NCBI GenBank assembly: GCA_036338595.1
Contig: JAYZBV010000074.1
Coordinates: 1-23,799, forward strand
Reading direction: 5' to 3'
DNA from: Planctomycetota bacterium
Lineage (GTDB): Bacteria; Planctomycetota; UBA8108; UBA1146
DNA length: 23,799 bases
The stretch's first letter is position 1. Each line of letters begins with the position of its first letter. The notes under the pieces are model-generated. The model had not been told where the DNA came from. It worked only from the letters and a program-made list of their open reading frames with translations, and did no database searches. A program made the position numbers and the translations under genes. Of this stretch, positions 8,291 to 16,700 are shown in pieces.

Positions 8291-9651
8291 GGAAGACCGA
8301 GCCGCTTGATCAACTGAGCGATGGCAAGGACCAGCAGAGCACCGAGGATGGCCCCCAGCAGCAGGGTTCGGGTCGAATCTTCACGAATCTCGGATGAGGT
8401 CTCCAACTCCTGCGCATCCGTGGATTCCTCGGTGGGATGTTCGCCGGGAATCGTCTCTTCGGTTTTCCGGACGCGCGGGTCTCGAGCAGGTCCATCGGCA
8501 GGAGTGGTCACTCCTGCTGCGGTCTCCCTCTTCATCGTCGGCAGATCATCGACCTTTACCGAGGCACTTCGAGGCGTGGCCGCTTTCACAGATGCAGTGG
8601 CATGTCGAGGACCAGATGTCGCTGGCGGCACATCTTCGCTGGCTGTAGCCAGTACGATCGGATCGCCAAGTCGATCCACCCCGTCGGAGCAGGCACTCAG
8701 CAGCGCTTCAATCGAATCGACCTTTTGTTCGCACTGCAGCAGCCTGCGACGAATTCGATCGGTGATCTCGGAAATATCTCGAGCTCGCAAATCACCATCC
8801 TGAAGCCCCGCAGTACAACGATCGATCTCCTTGAGGCGGGACTGAATCCGCTGCTCGATCGACTCGGCCTGCTCAACGAGGTGATAGGTTTCCTGACGAA
8901 GCCGTGAAGACAGGGGGCTGCCCTGCTGGCTCTTCCGATTCCAGTCCTTCAACTTCTCCTGACATTCACTGCCGATCGCTGCCAACTGTTCAGACCGCTG
9001 CAAGAGCTCCTCGCCCACCAGGCGGAATTGATCCAGGATCGCCTGGCCCTGCACGATGGTGCGGCTGGAAGGGACGGGGGCCAGCAGTGACGATGAAGCA
9101 GAAGATGGCGATGTCTCCTTGCGGGCAGTGACCGATGAAGTGGGCGTGGATCCTGCTTCAGGGCGGGTGGGAAGTTGACGGCCACTCTTGCGATCTCTCC
9201 TGGCTTCCCTGCGTGCCATCCGCAGCCGCTCCCTGGCAGCCACCAGATCCGCACGGTGCTGCATGATCTGACTCGATTTTTCCGCATCGACGGCAGTGGT
9301 CAAGATCAGGTCATCGCTGGTGATCTTGACCTTGTAGTAGGTAGCGAGGGTGTCGTTGAAGAGAGTCAGCTGGAAACCATCTTCCAGTAGATGGACCTGA
9401 GCGAGTTCTTGACGCTCTCTGCCGAAGAGGAAGAAGCGTACCTCTTCCAGAATCTCATCCTGCTTCGAGGCTGAACCACTCGATTCTGCCGGATCTGCAC
9501 TCCCGGAGGCGGCCAGTGCATCGCCAGAATGTGCCTGCAATCCAGCAGTGGCCAGGATACAGAAGCAGAGGATCAGGAGGGTACAGCAGCGACTGCCCCG
9601 CGAGGAGTAACCCCACAGGATCAGGCCCCGCCAGGATGATTCAGGCAGCAA
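8287..9651 (-). CDS. Hypothetical exported, C-terminally membrane-anchored protein with a predicted coiled-coil core
   Basis: 454-aa ORF with signal-like TLLILCFCILATAGLQA, a heptad-like E/Q/R/L-rich middle, S/T/P-rich linkers and C-terminal LLLGAILGALLVLAIAQLIKR. It starts 56 bp downstream of the kinase stop on the same strand. TTG start uncertain. Confidence 0.75.
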   Translation of the reverse strand: MLPESSWRGLILWGYSSRGSRCCTLLILCFCILATAGLQAHSGDALAASGSADPAESSGSASKQDEILEEVRFFLFGRERQELAQVHLLEDGFQLTLFNDTLATYYKVKITSDDLILTTAVDAEKSSQIMQHRADLVAARERLRMARREARRDRKSGRQLPTRPEAGSTPTSSVTARKETSPSSASSSLLAPVPSSRTIVQGQAILDQFRLVGEELLQRSEQLAAIGSECQEKLKDWNRKSQQGSPLSSRLRQETYHLVEQAESIEQRIQSRLKEIDRCTAGLQDGDLRARDISEITDRIRRRLLQCEQKVDSIEALLSACSDGVDRLGDPIVLATASEDVPPATSGPRHATASVKAATPRSASVKVDDLPTMKRETAAGVTTPADGPARDPRVRKTEETIPGEHPTEESTDAQELETSSEIREDSTRTLLLGAILGALLVLAIAQLIKRLGLP

Positions 9652-9707
9652 GGGGACATTTCCTTCCGAAGATCCAGTCTACATGACCTGCAGGCGGGAA
9701 GCCCGCG

Positions 9708-12062
9708 CTAATAACGGGCCTGGATGGCAGCAATCTCGGAAACCACCACGGATGCGCAAGGCCTGGTCTCCGCCGAAAAAGAGAGCATCCGATGGAGAAG
9801 GTCTCGCCACCGACCATCCTGGATCACGTCGGCCACCTGTTCCTGCAATTCTCCACGGGCAAGTCGTTTGATGGCATCGGCACCGCGCAGCTTTCCGAGT
9901 GGATGCGCTCCTTCGGTGATCTCCCTTGCCACGAGCCCGAGCGAGTAGATGTCGCTGGCAGGGGTCAACTCCTCCTGGCGCGCCTGTTCCGGCGACATGT
10001 ATCGCGGCGTCCCCCACGCGAGTCCCGCGGCGACCTTGCGTTCCCCAGCGACTCGAGCGATGCCAAAGTCTGCAATCTTGACGAGCACATCTATCGGCAA
10101 TTTTCTGAGCCTCTCGATGGCGACAAGACCTCTGGGATCTCCTCCCACTACGCTGCGCTCAGCGGCATCGATGGCTCGCCTCTCCCCGGCAGCAGCAGCT
10201 TCCCTGATCACCGCCCTGGCCTCATCGAGAGCATCGATGAAGGTAGACCGTGAGTATTTCGATCGCGCAGCTTTCGCTGCAATCAGGTGGGCCTCGATCG
10301 ACGCCTGATATCGGCCTGCGTGGCCGAGCAATCGACCACGCTTCAGCCATGGCAGCGGATCTTCTGCTGTCACAGGTGGTTCATCCTCGATCAGATCTGC
10401 AGCAGCACTGATCAGAGGAGTTCGCTCCCGATCAGAAACTTGACCGGCAAGCGCCTGAGCCAACCCCTCGTTGACCAGTACCAGCGTCCCATCGCCACAC
10501 TTTTCCAGCAATCCCAGTTCGATCGACTCGCTGATCAATGAGTGCAAGATGGCGCGGTCCTGTCTCAGCAATGTTGACACCTGCTCGCCGGTCAGGCTGC
10601 CCTCGAAGAGTGCGATCCGTTCGAGAGCCTGCCGGAGCATCGCAGATACCCCGTCGAGAACCGATGCGAGGCGATTCGCTTCTTCACGAGCGCTCTCTCT
10701 CAGACGCATCGGATTCAAGATCGCCTGCCCGTCTTGCAACCTCCACGCACCACGCTCGATACTCTTCTCCATCCCCTTCAGTAACCGTGCCGGATGCCCG
10801 TCTGCTCCATCCGTGGCATCGATTTCCGACATGAAATGCGCCCCTTCACCGACACGCCCCTCGACCAGCAACTCGACCCAGCGCGCTGCAGGGCCGGGCA
10901 ACAGTGGGCGAAGGTGGATTTCAAGCAGCCACCCGTTCTTCTTCGCATCGTTCAGTACCTCGATCCAGGTCGATTCATCGGGCCACTCCGCAGGCATCGG
11001 TGTCAGCCAGACTCCCTCGAAGTCCTCCGGTGGGATGGCGAACTCATCCCCGACATGGATCCGATCGCCATGACGTTCTCTCGCCTCGAGAGCGAGGCGA
11101 CGCCTTCCCACTCCTCGTTCACCGAAGATGGGGATCCACCAGCGACTGCCATCGAGCATCGCCTCCTCGATCAGCGCCAGTTCACCACTTCTGGAGACAA
11201 ATGGCGGCTGCTGGACCCTTGCCAGGACCTGCTCCTGATATCGTTCGAGATCCTTCGCTTCTCGTACCGGGTCGGTCGGTTCATCCTGCGCCCCCTCGAA
11301 CAGGATCTGACCCGCATCCGTCGACGGCTTCTCCAGCACCTGAAGGATGTTACCTGGCTTCAGATCAGCATGGACAACACCGCTCTCATGAGCAGCGCAC
11401 AGCCCAAGCGCAACCTGACGGATGACCTCGAGTGCTCGCCTGGGTTCTCGTGATAACTGCTGGATCGACCCGGACAGGTCTCCACCACCCACCCACTCCA
11501 TCACCTGAACAGAAGCTCCCTCGACGACTCCATCATCCAGAACTCGCACGACATTGGGGTGATCGATGCCGCGGCCGATGGCAGCCTCTCTGGCATGAAG
11601 TCGCTGAAGCAACTCGGCCCGGTCCCCGTGTGCACTCCGCATCTTCTTGACTGCGACCAGGCAGCCGAGATCTCGATCAAATGCGCGCAGCACTTCCCCC
11701 ATACCACCCGATCCGATCTTGTTGACTTCGGACCAGCGCCCATCGTCTAGCGATTCCTCCTGAGATCGATGATAGATCAGTTCGACTGACCCTATACGGA
11801 TGCGATCTCCTGAACGAAGCGAGGTCTCGTCCGTGACCTTCCTGGCAGCCGCCTGGTCACCGAGTAGCCAGGTGCCATTACTGGAAGAGAGGTCCCGGAT
11901 CCAGTCAGTCGCATCTCTCCGCTCGATGGCAGCGTGAGTCCTGGAGACCCCTGGCTCCAGGATCCTGAGGGAACAGCCTGGAGCACGCCCGATGATGAAA
12001 TCCCCGGATTCAGGGATTTCATGGCGGGAACCGATCTCGTCAACGATTTCTAGCCAGTTCAT
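9708..12062 (-). CDS. FHA-domain Hanks-type Ser/Thr kinase with a ~420-aa STAND-like insertion inside the kinase domain
   Basis: FHA motifs IIGR..VSRTH..DLSSSNGT. Kinase motifs IGSGGMGEV, VAVKK, HPNVVRV, VMEWVGGGDL and HADLKPGNIL (11372-11343). After ~420 aa come VKIADFGIAR (DFG 10070-10062), GTPRYMSPEQ, SDIYSLG and RP. Start at 12062, 12086 or 12146. Confidence 0.9.
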   Translation of the reverse strand: MNWLEIVDEIGSRHEIPESGDFIIGRAPGCSLRILEPGVSRTHAAIERRDATDWIRDLSSSNGTWLLGDQAAARKVTDETSLRSGDRIRIGSVELIYHRSQEESLDDGRWSEVNKIGSGGMGEVLRAFDRDLGCLVAVKKMRSAHGDRAELLQRLHAREAAIGRGIDHPNVVRVLDDGVVEGASVQVMEWVGGGDLSGSIQQLSREPRRALEVIRQVALGLCAAHESGVVHADLKPGNILQVLEKPSTDAGQILFEGAQDEPTDPVREAKDLERYQEQVLARVQQPPFVSRSGELALIEEAMLDGSRWWIPIFGERGVGRRRLALEARERHGDRIHVGDEFAIPPEDFEGVWLTPMPAEWPDESTWIEVLNDAKKNGWLLEIHLRPLLPGPAARWVELLVEGRVGEGAHFMSEIDATDGADGHPARLLKGMEKSIERGAWRLQDGQAILNPMRLRESAREEANRLASVLDGVSAMLRQALERIALFEGSLTGEQVSTLLRQDRAILHSLISESIELGLLEKCGDGTLVLVNEGLAQALAGQVSDRERTPLISAAADLIEDEPPVTAEDPLPWLKRGRLLGHAGRYQASIEAHLIAAKAARSKYSRSTFIDALDEARAVIREAAAAGERRAIDAAERSVVGGDPRGLVAIERLRKLPIDVLVKIADFGIARVAGERKVAAGLAWGTPRYMSPEQARQEELTPASDIYSLGLVAREITEGAHPLGKLRGADAIKRLARGELQEQVADVIQDGRWRDLLHRMLSFSAETRPCASVVVSEIAAIQARY

Positions 12063-12210
12063 GACGGTGATGTTGCCCTGATCCATTGAACACGGCAACC
12101 ACTGCCGAGGTGAGCAGGCGGATGGTTCCCTGTCGAGGTGCGCCATCGGCGTGATAATATGCTGGCCGTCGATCGGTGATGGCCATGACCATGGCCAGAA
12201 GACTCTCAGG

Positions 12211-12555
12211 ATGGTGACTCAAGGAAGATCTGCATTGCAGTTGATACTGGTATCTCACCCCACCGTTGCCGCTGAAGATCTGGCCCGAGGCCTGGTCGAG
12301 GAGGGGCTTGCTGCATGCGTCAACATCCTTCCCGGGGCGAGATCGATCTATCGCTGGGAGGGCAAGACTTGCGACGAACAGGAAGTGATGCTCTTCATCA
12401 AGTCAGCCATCGACCCGATCGAGAGGCTCATAGAGATCATCGCCGAGCGACATCCATTCGAGTGCCCGGAGGTGATCGTGGTGCCTGTTGTGACTGGCCT
12501 GGGGCGATATCTGAAGTGGGTTGAAGAGATGTGCACGGGGCAGGAGCCCAATTGA
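12211..12555 (+). CDS. cutA: Divalent-cation tolerance protein CutA
   Basis: LARGLVEEGLAACVNILPG..SIYRWEGK...EQE..LFIKS...HPFECPEVI...YLKWV matches the CutA1 pattern and size. Start ATG 12211 or GTG 12214. Confidence 0.93.
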   Translation: MVTQGRSALQLILVSHPTVAAEDLARGLVEEGLAACVNILPGARSIYRWEGKTCDEQEVMLFIKSAIDPIERLIEIIAERHPFECPEVIVVPVVTGLGRYLKWVEEMCTGQEPN

Positions 12556-13787
12556 TTGAACTGGAAGAAGCGCGTCAGCAAATCCTCGACAGGATCGTTC
12601 CGCTGGGATCCGAGACGGTTCCCCTGGCCGAGGCCGCGGGGAGAATAATTTCACAAGAGGTGCCGACAAGAGATCCGATTCCTCCCTTTGACAATACTGC
12701 CATGGATGGATTCGTGCTTCGAGCTGAAGACACAAGGCAAGCCAGTAGTGATCATCCCATCACGCTGCCGGTCGTCAGTACCATCGAGGCTGGTACACCT
12801 GCAACGACGCCCCTCGAGCAGGGGCAGGCGATGCGAATCTATACGGGCGCGGTGATCCCATCGGGTGGTGACGCCATCGTTCCATTCGAACACTGCCTAC
12901 GTCACGATCCGGAGTCGGTAATGATTCATTCCCCGGTGACCGTGGGAACTCATATCCGGAGGCTGGGTGAGGATGTGTCGGTTGGAGCCTCCGTTCTCGA
13001 GGCGGGAGCCCGCATCACACCTGCAGCAGTGGGTTTACTGGCCAGTATTGGAGCAGACTCCGTTCCAGTATTTCGCCGCCCACTCGTTGCAGTGCATTCG
13101 AGCGGAAATGAACTGGTCGCCATCGATGCTCCGCTGAAACCGGGTCAGATACGAAACTCCAATCTCTTTTCGCTGTGCGCTCGGATCGAGAGTTGGGGTG
13201 CCATCGCCATACCTCGGCCAATTCTGCGCGATGATCGTGAGGCGATCCGGATCGGTCTTCAAGAGACCCTCGAACTGGCGCCGGATGCGATCGTCACCAC
13301 CGGAGGGATCAGTGCTGGCGACCTCGATCACATCCGTGAGATCGCTCGTGAGATGGGTGACGATGTCCAGATCCGCAAGGTCGCCATGAAGCCTGGCAAA
13401 CCGCTCGTCGACGGCCTGATCGGTGGCGTACCCTTCTTCGGCCTGCCGGGAAATCCAGGAGCATGCCTCGTTTCCTTCGAGGTTTTTGTCAGGCCTGCTC
13501 TGGCCCTCATGGAGGGTAGAACGGATGGGCTACTTCCGGAGCGTAGCGGGGTTTTGAAGACAGAGAGGTCGTTGCCCTGTGGAGATCGCCTGCGGCTGCT
13601 GCGTGGCAGGGCATCTCCTGATCCTGCTGGAGGACCCGATGTGATCGAGATCCCCTCGGGACAGGGATCTCATCTGCTGACAGGATTTGCCCGAGCGAAC
13701 TGTCTGGTGAAAATACCACCCACGGCACAGACTCTTCAGCCTGGAGATCGAGTGCTGTACTGGTCATTGGCAGAAGAAGAGGCGTGA
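12552..13787 (+). CDS. moeA: Molybdopterin molybdotransferase MoeA (gephyrin E-like)
   Basis: Motifs PPFDNTAMDGF, RIYTGAVIP.GGDAIVPFE, SSGNEL, GQIRNSN, TTGGISAGDLD, MKPGKP, GLPGNP and QGSH. The TTG start at 12552 follows AGGAG (12542-12546) and overlaps the cutA stop (TTGA). Confidence 0.95.
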   Translation: MIELEEARQQILDRIVPLGSETVPLAEAAGRIISQEVPTRDPIPPFDNTAMDGFVLRAEDTRQASSDHPITLPVVSTIEAGTPATTPLEQGQAMRIYTGAVIPSGGDAIVPFEHCLRHDPESVMIHSPVTVGTHIRRLGEDVSVGASVLEAGARITPAAVGLLASIGADSVPVFRRPLVAVHSSGNELVAIDAPLKPGQIRNSNLFSLCARIESWGAIAIPRPILRDDREAIRIGLQETLELAPDAIVTTGGISAGDLDHIREIAREMGDDVQIRKVAMKPGKPLVDGLIGGVPFFGLPGNPGACLVSFEVFVRPALALMEGRTDGLLPERSGVLKTERSLPCGDRLRLLRGRASPDPAGGPDVIEIPSGQGSHLLTGFARANCLVKIPPTAQTLQPGDRVLYWSLAEEEA

Positions 13788-13791
13788 ACCG

Positions 13792-16700
13792 ATGAGTGAA
13801 GATGCTGGAATTCTGCTACGGATCTGCGACTCCGCTGGTAAGCGGAACATCTCTCTCGATGGGGATGGACCATGGATCATCGGCCGCGATGCTGCATGCG
13901 AGGTGGTCATCTCCGATGATCGGGCCTCACGGCGCCACGCTGTGCTGCGCAGATCTCCCCAAGGGTTGGTGGTCGAAGATCTCGGCAGTTCCAACGGGAC
14001 CCGCATCGATGGCAGGTCGATCGAGGGAACGGCTCCCTTCCCGCGCGGCTCTCAGTTGCAGTTCGGAGAGGCAACCATCGCACGAAGGAGCGGCCAGAGA
14101 GGTCCCGGTGTCGGCCGTCTCCCGATCAAGAAGGACAGTTCAGAAGTTTCTCCAGTTTCTGGCGACACCAGAAAATCAGAGAAGAAGAGCAGACCCCGAA
14201 GCGCTCCACGCCCGACCCGAGTGCAGCGCAAACAGGAGAGCCCTTCCGGTAACTTGATACTGCTTGGGCTCACCGTCATCGCCATCGCATTTACTCTGAG
14301 CCAGTTTTTCCAACCTTCTGCTACCGACACCGAACTCGTGGTCAATTCAACCCCGGGGGAGGGCAATCCACCGAGTTCACAGCAAGGTGATGATGCCACT
14401 GCCACCTCTGTCCCGCGTCCTGACCCGATCTTGCCCGTTGAACAACGAGATGCCGTCTCCGATGGCCCCGCAGTCGCAATGATCAGACCGGTAGAAAATG
14501 GATTCGATCCGGATGCGAATTTCGATATTCCTTTCGACGAGGCACCCAGACCGATCGTAGTGGATGTCGATGACCAGAAGCCCGATGCGCAAATCATCAC
14601 CGAGAGTTCCGCCGGTGCAGTGAGCCTGCGAATCCTCGATGACGCCTGGCCCCCTTCGGACCGGATCATCGCCTACGAGTTTCATCAGAAGGACCACCAC
14701 GGAGGTCCGTCATTCATCGATCGCAGGGGAAAGGAACTGGAACGGCGTGGTTCAGGAAATAGAAAGGGCTACCGGGTCATCGCGCTGGAGGTCACGAACA
14801 CAACTTCCAGCAAGAAACTGGTGCAACTGAAAACCCCACTGCGCAAGGATCTCGAGATGCGATTTCGCATCGATCCCGGCAGGAGTTTGCGTCGATTCAT
14901 CGCCATCGAGGACCCCGGAAACCAGGCGATACTGGTCGAGATGTTCGATGGCGATGGAGAGCCGATGGATTCCGTAGAGCGCGTCATCGCGCCGGGGAGG
15001 AAAACCGAATCGGTCGAGCAGGCGCTCGCAATTGCCATGGAGAGGGAGCGCGAGGAGTGGGTGCGAGAGCAGTTCAGGCTGCGGCCCATCTCCGTCACCG
15101 TCCTCGACGATGCCTCGAGACCGGTGGAAGGCGCCCGACTGCTGCTCCTCTCCAATGAAAGCCTAGCAGTGATCGAAGGACGGACCGGGTTAGATGGTAG
15201 CTGGAGTGCGATGGTGGTTCCTGGTTCCTGGAGTGTCATCGCTCAAGGCGAGATCGAAGATGACGTCGATCCAGATGCCCCCACTGCTGTAACGAGATTG
15301 CAGAGGTTATTCCTGCTCCAGGACACGCTGGCAGCTAGCGACTCCAGTTTGACGATGGCACCCCGGAAGGAAACTGTGATCTCGGTCAGCGATCAGCAGG
15401 AAAAAGGGGTTGCGATAGAAAAGGTCTGGATCACTCCCGAACCTGTTGCACCTGCATTCACCACGGAGAGAGTCGCCCTGCAGGTAGGAGCTCGAGCTCG
15501 CCTGGAGTCTGCTCGTGCGGTACCGTCGGGACGCTTCCGATTGCTGCTGTCGGGGCTGCCCGTGGATGTCTGCGTGCTCTGTCGAACCGCCGAAAATGAA
15601 CCCGCACTGTTGCGTGCGAGAACCGGAGGAGATCGGGACGAAGTTCCCATTCTGCTCAATCTGTCAAAGTTGAGCAGACTGGAGTACAGCTCGGAATCGG
15701 CCTTCGGCGGCGCCAGCGATGCAACCGTCGAGGTGATCTCGATCGATGGGTTCCGTGAGAGATTCAACTTCGACACATCAGAGGCTCGGCGCGCCTGGGT
15801 GATGCCGGGCACCTACAGGCTCGATGTACTCAGTCATTTGCCGGGAGGGAAGACGGCAAGGTTCCTTCCTTACAGGACCCTTCTCGCTTCCGGTCAAAAA
15901 CACGACATGGAGCCGAGAGCACCGTGGACACCGATCCTTCATTACGAGCGCAAGGGCAAGGTTCTGCAGATGCGGCTCTCCATCTCGGATGCGAGTGGAA
16001 GGGTGCTCGACGGCGTCCCCGGGAAAGCGGGATCTCTCGCTACCGTCGATCGATCTGGCAGCATCCTGATCGAACGAGATCTGGGGCCGATGCGATGGCA
16101 AGAGCCTGAAACACTTCAGAGGGTCGACCTCGACAAGGTAAGCATCCAGATCGATGTCCCCTTCGGTGATAGCGCCATCCGTGGGATCGCCCAGGCGGAG
16201 ACCCCCATCACCGTCAACGATGCGGGTTCCAGTGCGACCGGCCCGAGCATCTTCAAGGCCAGAATGAAGGCGATGATGCCTGAAGTTGCTCGCAGTCTGC
16301 AGGGCTGCAAGGACCACCTGGGATGTGCAGATGGAGTTCAGCGTCTACTGATGGACTTTGACATCTTCTTGCCGCCTGGAGTGGGTGGACTGGGTGGTGG
16401 CGGCGTGATCGTGCTCGATGCTGCAGTGATGCACGAATATACCGGCCAGGGCGATCTGCTACCCGGTGCCTACATTCATGAACTGGGCCACAACATCGGT
16501 TTTGGCCACGATCCATACATGTTGCTGGCTGATTGCGGAGTCGACGAAGGTATCTACGGTGAACTGGGATATCGATTGCTCAATGCGACGACGTTCCAGA
16601 ACACGATCAAGTGGTTACTCGATCGGCGAAGTGATGTGAAAGCCGCCTGGCAACCAAACCCATCCGTGTTCGCAGCACTTCGGTTCATTCATGGCGCCGG

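Noticed and set aside
9694..9706. Hairpin gcggg-aag-cccgc after the kinase stop as a terminator
   Set aside because: A 5-bp stem with a 3-nt loop and no U-tract is too weak to call.
10083..11342. The kinase insertion as an intein or mobile element
   Set aside because: There is no Cys/Ser start with a His-Asn end, no LAGLIDADG, HNH or transposase motif, and no terminal repeats that I could see.
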